From Takakia lepidozioides (taxonomy: Eukaryota; Plantae; Bryophyta): a DNA stretch of 64,000 nt. A model generated the notes under the pieces. That model was not told the DNA's origin, did no database searches, and saw only the letters and a program-made list of their open reading frames with translations. The stretch covers positions 38,564,001 through 38,628,000 of the forward strand of contig CM060733.1 of NCBI GenBank assembly GCA_030704615.1, read 5' to 3'. This document shows, in pieces, positions 12,501-23,104 of this stretch (position 1 is the stretch's first letter; each line of letters starts with the position of its first letter). The position numbers and the translations under genes were made by a program.

Positions 12501-13540
12501 CTTAGGCACAGGATAATGCTGAACAGCAGCAATTTTGTTTGGGTCAGGCTTGATCCCTTCTGCAGACACTATGTGTCCAAGAAATACCAGTTCCTTACTC
12601 CCAAAGCTGCATTTATCTGGATTCAATTTTAAGTTAGCACCTTCAAGCCTTTCCAACACCTTTTCCAGGTGCTGAAGATGCAACTCCCAAGACTCAACAT
12701 TGACATCATCAACAAACACTTTTGCACACTCCTTAATATCAGTAGCTAGAATGGTGTTCATAGCTCTCTGAAAAGTAGCAGTGGCATTCTTCAAACCAAA
12801 AGACATCACCATCCATTCATACAAACCTCTCTTGGTGATTACGGCGGTTTTCTTGACATCTCTAGGATCCATCTTTATCTGCCAGAAACCACTCTGTAGA
12901 TCCAAAGCTGAGAACCACTCAGCCTTGCCTAATTGGTCCGCCTTGAGCCATCCTTCTTTGGAGGCATGGTGACAGGACAGGACTCTCACGCATCTTACCC
13001 AAGGCAATCAACGATTCTATCTGCTTCTGCACCTCATTCTTTTTCCACTCTAAAAGTCTGTTGGGATAACTTTTGCAAGGAGGAAAGCCTTGCGTATCGA
13101 TGACATGTTCCACAACAGAGCAAAACCCCAGGTCAGCCTTTGATAGGGCAAAACAGTGCTGTTTTCTTCTGAGAGCTTCTCCAGCCCTGCCCTTTGCTCA
13201 GCTGATAGATGTTGGCTGAATGTAAGTCTGGTTTTCAGACTCTGCCATCTCACCTCAGCCTCATGTTCTTCGTCAGATTCTAGACTGTTAACAGTGAAGA
13301 TGTGAGCCTCCATTCGCATCTTCTCTTCTCTAGAGGTGATCATGTTCCAATCATAGAAATCATCTTCAATGTCAAAAGCAGAATTGACAAGTTCTCCTTC
13401 CCAAGCCTTCACATGTGCCTCATGAACAATGGATGAGGCCATTCCCTTTGCAGTTTCTTCTTCAAAGAGACTTGCTAGACCTTGATCCTCTAGCACAGAG
13501 AGAGCAGATCTCTGCTCTCTTGTGAACACACTCTCTTGAT
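9523..13540 (-). mobile_element. Decayed Ty3/gypsy (non-chromovirus-like) pol fragment B: RT, RNase H, extra RNase-H-like domain and spacer, integrase
   Basis: RT LDLQSGFWQI..MSFGLKNATATFQR..FVDD; RNase H DVDWS..RTDHKPLEW; integrase HSAMGHFG..CHQC..DTAGP..IDHYSKWVEA..TDNGTEW..NGMVEK. The integrase C-terminus is cut by the LTR of element A. Confidence 0.92.
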
Positions 13541-14813
13541 GTAAGATCCTATTATAATCTAGTTCTACGTTTTACAGGATTGTGTGTGTGTCATAGAGTC
13601 ATGGATAGCGTAGATGTTTTCACACTTTTGCAACTTAATGTAGTGACATAACTAGTGCCTTTCTGCAAGCCAACTTAAGAATGCTTTCATGAGTGTTTGA
13701 TATACACCTCAAGGCTTAAATTTTTTGATGAGCGGACTAAGAAGATTGATCTCTCCACTATCTCTAGCAATTTAAGCTTTCTGCATGGGGAAAGAGACCA
13801 TTTTTCTTCCTTGGATACACTTTGGATACACTGAGGACACAATTCCTCGTGTCATTGAATTTATAGCAGACATCAACTGGGAACTTGCATTCTTGTTTCC
13901 TTTGTGTCCATCATTAATGAATCGTTTACAAGACATATTTGGACTCTGGGCTGTTCAAATACTTACTGATTGTTTTTGGTTTATTTATGATTCACTCACA
14001 AGGAAATGAACAGATTGAACCAAAGATTTGATCCCAAATAGACATTTGATTCTACCGCAGCCAGCCTAGGTCTACAAGCACAACGTAGAAGACAAGCGTG
14101 ATCTTCTTCAAGAGATGAGGTAAGGATAAACTGTAATACCTTGAAAGTCCAAAGTTGAGAATGAATCCTAACTGGTCCATCCTAAACGCAGTCGCTCTCC
14201 AGATGTTTAGTTGGACGGTACATTGCAAGAGTGAAAGGATCACACTTGAAACATTTTGTGTAAGGCCCTAGTGATTTCAAGGCGATTTGAGTTCTCAAAT
14301 TGCATCTGGAAATTTCAGCCATTCTAATTAGTTCTAGTTGGGCAATATCAAACCCGGCACACACTTTCCAAAAGTTCTTACCATGCTGCCACTTCAGACA
14401 AAGCCCATGGAGGATTCATCCAACAAGGGAAAGTCCCAACTGAAAGACCTCATCTTGCTGAATGGTAGGACTGGTAGGAAGCCCCACTCTCCATCAATAG
14501 TGTTGACGGCCAAGGAAATGGATGACACTGAGAGGATCTACAGCATTTTCTTACTCAGCAAGGTTAGTCAATACTGGTGACGGTACATGCTGCAGCCCCA
14601 CCTGGTAACGGTAGGAATCAACATACATTTTGCCCATCAGGCCGCAGAGTTGCAACCAGACACTAAGCCATGAACAAGGAATACAATGAATAATGAAGGC
14701 CGAATGTCTCTCAAACAATAAGCTGACTCTCATTGAACTGATTATAATTCATCTGAGTGAAACCAGACACAAAGGAGTTGTGATATGTACAGTTCTGTCC
14801 TTCCCCAGACATC

Positions 14814-17800
14814 TTAAGCCCAACTCTCCGATAAGCCCTCTGGGGCTTGTTCGTGGATATCACTTGGCCGTGCATTGTTAGGCTGCTCATCAGTTGGTAT
14901 TGAGGTATCTAGACCACGGTCAAGGAAATCTCCCAACACAACCCTTGAATCCACTGGAGATTCTTCTGGTGGGGCTTGTGCATCCACCACAACATGTGCC
15001 ACTACCACTGTAATATCATCCAGCTTCCCCCCTACATCACCACACTTTGTGTGAGCCACGACACCTTTAAAATTGAAACCTTGCATGCAATCTTGTAGTG
15101 GTACAACGAGATGTAATGGTAATTTTGGGCGCAAAGCTTGTAAACATGATATATCCAATTCAACATTGTTTACTTGAGAATGTGTATACGATAGGCTACT
15201 TTGAAAGGACACTACACTTGCCTGTCAACTTTTTTCCTAACAGCTTTTTCCACCATGGTACATCCAAGCCCTGCAAAATTCGCAGAGACAGCAACACCAT
15301 TAATTTATTTGCAATACCCTTGTGCATAGATGGCATTAATGTTCAACCTCATGAGTGTGCATCAGCTCAAACAACTGCGTATGTAACATGCGCTGGTGTG
15401 AAGACCTAGTGGTAGATTGACAGTGTATTGACTGCATGTTCTCTCAGAATGGTAGAGAATCCCAAGTGTAGACACCCAGCTAAAATCACCAATACCTGGC
15501 TTCAGCAGTTGGGATACTAGCTTTGGGCTATTCTTTGGTAATCAGTTTGAGAGGTGCCATTGGATTCAGGATGTGTCAAATTTGGATACAAGTCTCTCCA
15601 GGCCATACCAGACGTAGAGAAAAAGCACAGCTCCAATTTTGAAACACATTAGCGCTAAGACACAGAAATCAAAGCAACACACAATGTGATCATGGGAGAA
15701 AAAGCTGTAACATGCCTGCACGACGGCTTCCTGTATGTAAGGCGATTCATAATTAACATCCCTGGCATGTTTGCTTGCCAATGCTGCCAAGGCCATTGCT
15801 GCACCCCAAACCATCAAGCCCATTTAAAAAACCTTTCTTGCACTCAAGCTTTAAGAACTGCCAGCACCAGTGAATGGGAAAAACCAGCAAGATGATAAAA
15901 GACAAGTGACAAACAGATTGAACACGTACCACTGCGCTCAGCAGACTCCTGATCAAATCCGCCAAAGACACTGAGGGTGGCCTCAATGTCACGATTGTAC
16001 ACATTGTCAAACAGCCCATCCGACCCCATCACAATTGTGTCCCCTTCCTTCACCTCCACTTCGTGCACCTACCTTCCCAACCCCATATGGCCCGTTCAAT
16101 ACCCCTCTCTCACCAGGAGCCTTGGCTACAGATCCTGATGACTGCTGACAACCATTGTTTTGAGATATTTAGTGTATTTCAATCTGATAAAAGAACCTTT
16201 CAACAAAGGCATACAGCACTCCCAAAACGGGTGGATGTTTACCGCAGCATCTGCAGCAGATTGTGCACCCTCAGAGCTGAATTGATAAGGGCAGTCAAAA
16301 TAATGCTGCTGTGGAGATGTTGCAAAAACCACCCGACCTACAACATACAACAAGTAAACCCATTAATCCTCAAATAGATTCCCACCTACCCACTTCACAT
16401 CATCCTTTACAGCAGCTACCAAGAAACTATGACCCGTTATTAAGTCAACTGCAATAAAATAGCAACTGGCCAACAGGTCATACCGCAGCGAAGGATGCGG
16501 AGGCCACAGTCACCAAGATTGGCGATGTGCAAAGTGCCCTTTCTGTCCAATATTGCCACAATGCTACCTTTCAAAACACACAACAGGTTTGCTGATAAGC
16601 TTTTCTCTCTCTCACTCTCTCAATCTCTATTTTTCTTTTCTGCCACTTCCCCTTTGACATTTATATGTGTACCTATGCTATTTATAATAATGCACATGAT
16701 GAAAAATATACCCTTTCTTTCAACAGCACATAAACTGCAGTCATGTCAGCAGAGCCACCAATCACAACAACAGGTTAGAAACAAGGGAATGCAAAAATGT
16801 GAAAAACAGTTTTATTACATACGCAGTGGCAGCACCAACAGAGCAGGTGGCTGCATAGGCCTTCTGTAACAGCACCTGTGCGTTATTGTCCATCTGCACC
16901 CCACCCTCATCAATCAAATCTTACTGTTCTAGAATGAGATGTAATCAAGACCAAAAGTGGACGCTGCCTTTCACGAGTTAAGCATAAACACAAATTAAGA
17001 GAAAAAAGTGAGTTATCAACACCTACATGGAGCATGAGTCAGACCTCCTCAGAAGCTACAGCAGCTGCCGCATGTGCCATAAGCTCCTTGGAATAAAAAG
17101 CTGGATCAACATTTTCAGCTGCCCACCTGTTAAATATTGCAAGCAGCACTTGAGCGTATGGAGCAAAGGAATAAAACACAACCACAAGTGCCGATACCCC
17201 CATTCCAAGACAAAGCATACATACCAGCCAGTGCTCACCCCATAGTTTAATAATGCTTACCCTCCAACACCATCGGCGACCCCAACAACCCCTCCATTGT
17301 AGCTACTCACAAAATACGCATCTTCTCCACCTTTGTCCACCTGCTTGAGGATCACAGACATAAGAATTGCTCATGTGTAGCTGCCAGACTAACTATCATG
17401 ACAAGGGTCTACGAACACTGCACAATTGAAACAGAGCTTGTTACTTTGTCAGGATGTGGAATGACGTTCACCCCAACGGCAACAGCCAGCTCCCTTCTGC
17501 AGACACCATCACAGGTCAAGCAATCAAAGTCATCTTCACATTGGTTGCTAAAGAGCACCTATCAATGTGCGGCTTCATCATCCATGCCCCGCAACAAAGA
17601 ATACATAAGCCCACTATCAGCCCCTGAATATGAGTGCATTCTTAAATTGAACCTTCTTGGCCATATTTTATGCCTGGAGACACAACCACTGTCTGGGAAA
17701 TATAGACAACGGATTTGAGTACTCAAGTCATCCACTTGAGTCTGCAGCCCTTCTACATCCTCCTCACTTGCCCTCTGTCTTTGGGGAAGGAAGGAGAAGT

Positions 17801-18675
17801 AGAGAATAGGCACAGAGCATCGTGCAAAGCTCACTTTAGAGGGAACTCACATTGTGTCATTACTTTGACATACTGTATGCTTTACTGTGTCAGCTAGTCC
17901 ATTTTAGCACAGAATAGGCCAGCTACCTCTTGGGTAGTGCCTGATAGGGTTCGTTCTCCTTCCGATTGAGCCACATGAGGGAAACGGTAGGAAAATTTGC
18001 GTTTACGAAGAGATGATATATGTGTAGAGGCTTCAGCTCCGCAGTAACAAAATATGACACGAAGAGGGTGAAAAGAGAGCCAATCAATTTGAAATAGCAA
18101 CGATAACACACAGAATAGCTCTCCTCCACTTCCATTCATATCCCAATCCTAAATGACATAATTTAAAAGGAAACGTAGGCACGCACGGCCTCGGGAGTCC
18201 AATTGCATACAGCAACCTAAGAATACAAGGGTAAACCAACACATTCGACTTGAGCTACAGTGAGGGAGTTCCTGAGGGCCCTCCTGCGCAGCTACGAATC
18301 ATGTCACTTCCCCACTACCTTGAATTGCTCTATCTGCTAGGAGGAAATCAATTCTTGAAACTCCATCGAGGTCACTCAGCTACTACAAAGCGGAACACTT
18401 CATTTCCGCTACTGTAAAACAATAACAAGAGCACACAGGCGGCACGCCTGACCTTCCACAATTACCCAAAATGAGAGAGGAAAAGGAGTGTGCCTGCTGG
18501 TATCCCGAGCAGCTTGGTCATGTGTAGTAACGGCCAAACACAAGATGCGGCGAGCCGAGCACACGACAGAAGGAAACTTCGTGCGCCGCTGCTGCAAGCC
18601 TAGAATATGGAGCAGACCACTCCCAGGAATCCATGGCGGGCTGGAATGCAGGGTGGGCATGAGCTGCCCCGCCAT
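14814..18675 (-). CDS. PBCP: PP2C-family phosphatase, photosystem II core phosphatase (PBCP / At2g30170-like), multi-exon, with transit-peptide-like N-terminus
   Basis: Phase-consistent exons 17496-17445, 17340-17261, 17126-17045, 16893-16823, 16563-16484, 16337-16243, 16068-15930, 15798-15716, 15270-15222 and 15031-14814 give [92 protein letters not shown]. The 5' exons (18675 to ~17670) are less certain. Confidence 0.88.
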
Positions 18676-18729
18676 GTCTCTTCGTCTCTTCGCTCTCCGT
18701 GTCTGTCTCGCTGTGGTCGGTCTTCCAAG

Positions 18730-19215
18730 CGATGGATGTGGGTGGACCGGTTTCAAGCGTGCTGACCTACAAAACTATGTGCAAACATAGGGAGGGCTCT
18801 CTAAGCGAAGTACTGCAAAAATTATGGGAGGTTTTCATTGATTTATATAACCTTTCGGTGCGGTTATGGCTGCAGATTCACGCATTAGCAGCGCTGTTGT
18901 TCCTCAGGCATAGTGCCGTTTCAGTTCAACACATCGTTCCGAAACAAGCACCCAGTCATCCACAAACGACTTGGCTACGCATTTGCACTCTGCACCGTCA
19001 TCTTAGCTGTGACAGGAGGGACAACGATGACAGAGGCTACCGAGTTGGGCCCTCTAGTACAAGCTATAGCACCATTCATGTCGATTGGGACCTTGATTGC
19101 TCTGGCTATCTCCATCAATGCTGCTCGGAACAAGAATTTTCAGAGGCAAGCTGGTGACGGAACTATTTTTCCTGATGAATTGCAGATGTTCAGAGGATGT
19201 GGATCATGGTGTAGG
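18730..19215 (+). pseudogene. Frameshifted DUF2306-like membrane protein gene relic
   Basis: Joined frames read LWLQIHALAALLFL/GIVPFQFNTSFRNKHPVIHKRLGYAFALC..TG..ALAISINAARNKNFQR..QRMWIM, matching the DUF2306 pattern H..(G)..QF..R..HR.LG.....A..AIR.R....HR.WM. There is a +1 frameshift near 18906. Confidence 0.6.
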
Positions 19216-19407
19216 TTATTTAGGCTGATTCAAGAGGTTTGTTGTGATTTCTGTGTTGCAGGTACTCAGTGATGTACACCCGCTTTCCATTGCCCTCTAT
19301 TATATACGCTTTCCTCAAAAATGACGAACGGGCTCTTTCTTACAGCTTTCCTCTTTCCTTGGCTCCAAATTGTGGTCTCGCTGAGATCTACATTCCAATG
19401 TACTTAA

Positions 19408-19854
19408 CCCCTAAACGCCCGCAGGCCTCCGTTGACTTTTTAGGGCCCGGCCAAAAAAACTAGCGTAATTTTTGAAAAAAAATGAATCTTGAAAAAGTGA
19501 CCGGACAATATGAAGCCACCTACCCCAGGCAGGTCCTGCCCAATTTTGGAGCCAATCAGACAACTAGTGCTAAAACCCCACCGTTGCGTGTGGGGTCCAT
19601 TTTTGGAAATTTGTGCAGCTAAATAAATACCAAAATGGAGATTTGTGGTCGGGATGGAAAAAAATCGACCAGCTGTACCCGAAAACGTGGTGGCCGTCCA
19701 GCACAATTTAGGCAATCGATCTCGCATGGACCATCCTGATGATGCAAACACGCAGTGCACCCACCAAAAAAAACAAGAAAAGGCCAAAATCTACTCCTGG
19801 CAGAACTATTTGTGTAAAAAAAACGACCAATTTTGGGCCGGCGGGCGTTTAGGG
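19408..19854. mobile_element. piggyBac-like MITE (447 bp) with TTAA target-site duplication
   Basis: TTAA (19404-19407) | CCCCTAAACGCCCGCAGGCC ... GGCCGGCGGGCGTTTAGGG | TTAA (19855-19858). Near-perfect ~19-bp TIRs with CCC/GGG ends. Confidence 0.85.
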
Positions 19855-20245
19855 TTAACACAATCTGATAGGAAAGTAATGGTGAAGAAGGTTTCATAAA
19901 CTAGCTCAACAATTTGTTGATTTGTGCATATAAGTTACATTCAATTCAACACGTAAAGGGGCAGGGATGTTGCCCCAGCTCATACCCACCCTAGTAGGGT
20001 ATTTGGAACCCACATACCCGCTATAATCTCACAATTTCCACGGTGGACTTGGCTCATTTTTTGGTATGTCATGCATAAATGAGCTGGGCCCACTGCTATA
20101 AGGCTGGAATCTGTGGATGATTTTTGGTAGGTTTCTAGGGGCAATTTACTGTAGCTGGGTACCCAAAATTGGTAAAAAGTCAAAAAAGGGCTTGGGAACT
20201 TAAGGGTTAACCCTATATACCCATACAACATTGGTACATACCCAA

Positions 20246-20250
<5 letters not shown>

Positions 20251-20277
<27 letters not shown>

Positions 20278-20480
20278 TTCATAAAGGGAAACACCTGGGA
20301 GTGACAGCTCACAAATCAGGCCCCTATGTAGTGAGAGGAGAAAATAACCTCTTTCATTTATGCGCCATGGAGGCGAATGAGTGGGACACCGCCCAGGAAC
20401 CATACCACACCCGTCAGTAGCAAGATTTGACCCCAGAATCATCTGGATGGCACTCAGTGCACTTAACCAACTGGGCTACT
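20251..20480 (-). mobile_element. tRNA-derived SINE, family 1
   Basis: A-box-like TAGCCCAGTTGGTTAAG, B-box-like GGGTCAAATC, (TA)n tail. The 3' body is shared with the copy at 21185-21392. Confidence 0.7.
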
Positions 20481-20865
20481 GACTGTTGGTATTTTCTTAA
20501 TTTTAATAAAATCAGGGCCCTCCGGGGTTTTCTTTTTTCCCATCAATAAAAATATTGGGATACACTCCCTTTATTTTTAAAAACAAAATCAGGAACGTCT
20601 GTTATTAAAAAAATCGGGACGGTCATAATTGGTAGTCCTGATTTAAATATACATATTTTCAGTAAAAATTGGAACTGACATACTTGTGCTTCTGGTTGGC
20701 TGACGTCCTAATTTTTAAATAAAAAATAGAAAAATCGGGACCGCCATTGTGGCGAATCTTAATTGTCTTTGAAGCTGCTACAATATATGTTGTTCTACAA
20801 TCTCCTCTTGGTACTAAAGAAACAAGCGGATTCATAATGTGTTTGTAAAAAACCCCACACCCAGC

Positions 20866-21050
20866 ATGTAGCCCAGTGGTAATGGGCACATACCATGTTG
20901 GATGTGGTTGTGGGTTCAAACCACCGTCAGGTGCGTTGTGAAGGTGGACACCTTCACGCTGGAAGGCAGTAGCCCTTCAGGGTCCAAGTGACACCATAAG
21001 TTACACTCCCTTTGGAGTGAAGGTAGAGACGTCATACTTTTTATAAAAAA
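20866..21050 (+). mobile_element. tRNA-derived SINE, family 2
   Basis: TGTAGCCCAGTGGTAA (A box), GGGTTCAAACC (B box), A-rich end. Confidence 0.55.
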
Positions 21051-21184
21051 CCCAGGTGAAACCAAACCAGCCTAACATACGAGTTCGTGATACCAACCCC
21101 CTACCATTGTTAAGGAGGTGGAATGCAAACTTAGGCGGGTCTGGGTTTATGGTATATGGTGGGGAATGTTGACAAGAGATGATT

Positions 21185-21392
21185 TTTATTGTTATTTATT
21201 TTTCATAAGAAAACCTGGGAGCGACAGCCCACAATTCAGGCCCTTGAGGAGGGGGGAAATACCCCCTGTTCATTATGGCCGTGGCCCATAAGACGGTAAC
21301 ATCTAGACACGAACAACACATGGGGGCAGGGCAGTGGATTTGAACGCCGAACCACCAAGGCGACACATTGTGCAGCTGAGCTACTAGCCGAT
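21185..21392 (-). mobile_element. tRNA-derived SINE, family 1
   Basis: TAGCTCAG.. head, GTTCAAATCC B box, shared block GGGCCTGA(A/T)TTGTG(G/A)GCTGTC(G/A)CTCCCAGG, A-rich tail. Confidence 0.7.
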
Positions 21393-23104
21393 GTGCAATT
21401 TTTTGCAACCTAACTAATTGAGGTTTTAATTTTCATGCATTTAATTGTAATAATAATAATAAAGGTGAAATACCATACCCTGACATATATTGGGCTAATA
21501 TGACCAAAAAAAAAAAATTGCATAACATACCAGTCAAACCTATAATCTAATACCATTAGATATACCAGGCCAGCCAATTGATTCGTATAATGTGATACCA
21601 GTACCCTATTGTCCGACTATTGAATCTTACCCAACCATTACCCCACTGGTATTAAAAAATTATGATTCCAGTATAACATTGGTATGTACTTTACATGGCT
21701 GCTAACATGTCGTCTCGGGTATTTTAATGGTAATTTAATAATCATAAAGTCGATTTTTGACGTGATGCTAACATATTTACGCCACGTCACGTCATTTTCT
21801 GTAACTATGACCATGATGTATGACATCGACATGATCCAATAAACACTATGTGATTTTCAACCCATCACCATTTATAAAGCAGTCTTGATGCATTTTTGAT
21901 ATACATACTTATACTAAAAGACTAGCTTCATCTCCATCTTCTTCACAAACTAGGATAAGTTATGAAGAAGACAACATTTTGGAATGACGTTCATTCATAC
22001 GGCTGAATGGGTAGTTCATACATACAAATGAATTAGTTACCATCCAAGTTATGACAGACTTAGGGTTAGCAATGGTCCCGTCTCTTCTTCCACATACACA
22101 ATCTGAGGTAACAGGACTAAGATTTCCCCAGGGACACAGAGCGGGTGTGGTTCTATGAGGTGCACGTGGAATTGACAACCTTGTACTGGTATCTCTGATA
22201 CAAAATTTCAGTCTTAATGAGTTTGTTCATCATTCTATCTTTTATGGCTCTATTGGATATTATTAATTTAATTTCTTTATTGCTTTTGGCATGGATGATG
22301 GGATCCCCCACATATAAATGTATGAATGTAGATTCTTTTTACCACTCTCTCACGCTAGATCTCATATTGACTGAGAGGGTTGGAGTGATTAAATGTGGGT
22401 TCATAACACTAATTTCCAATTGATCACATATTTGTTTTTTGGTTGGGAAAATGACAACATCTCGAGGTATGTGTGTTATACTATGATAGATCCAACTGAA
22501 CATTTGCAGAATTTTCTGTATCAAAAGATGTGACCTCATGTTGTTTAGCATTAAAGTTACAGCTACGGCACTTTAGCCACATGTGAAGAAGCTTGGGTTA
22601 GTAATTCATGTCTGGTTCATATTTCCTTATTTGTAAAGATGGTTGGATTTGAAGAGGATAGTCCACACTGCAGAGAATTGAGTGTTGGTTTGGCTGACGT
22701 GACATTAAACATGTTGATTACATCACGTCACTTAACGTAGACGTGGCATATATGTTGATGTCATATGTCAAAGGCAATGTACAGTTCTAAATGTGGAATC
22801 AACGGATGAAATAGTGGAGACAACATCTTTATGCAATTTACAATATCATAGTAAAGTCAGAGAGTTGTATGAGGTGCTCTGATGTTGGTTTGAGAACGCT
22901 TTGACTCATAAAAACCTTTAAATTAGGGGCTTTGAAACTCACTTTGCAATTCTGTGAGAATATCAAATGCACTAGGCTAATATGGTGTTGTACACTTGTG
23001 GAAAAGACTTTGTAATTTTTTCAACAACAGAATTCAGCTTAAATCATGCTACGAGTTTATCACTGATAGTATGTTTATATATTCAGTGGAGGCGTAACAA
23101 GACC

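Noticed and set aside
18409-18496. GC donor for the first PBCP intron (CAG|GCACAC)
   Set aside because: It leads to an in-frame stop in the next exon. A canonical TGG|GTAATT donor with a later acceptor keeps the frame, so it was not counted.
20410-20925. True tRNA genes
   Set aside because: A/B boxes are present, but no convincing cloverleaf; the attached shared bodies and simple-repeat tails indicate SINEs.
21960-22780. MULE/other transposase remnant with GACGTGGCA-rich flanks
   Set aside because: Frames are too broken and no catalytic motif or TIR pair could be established.
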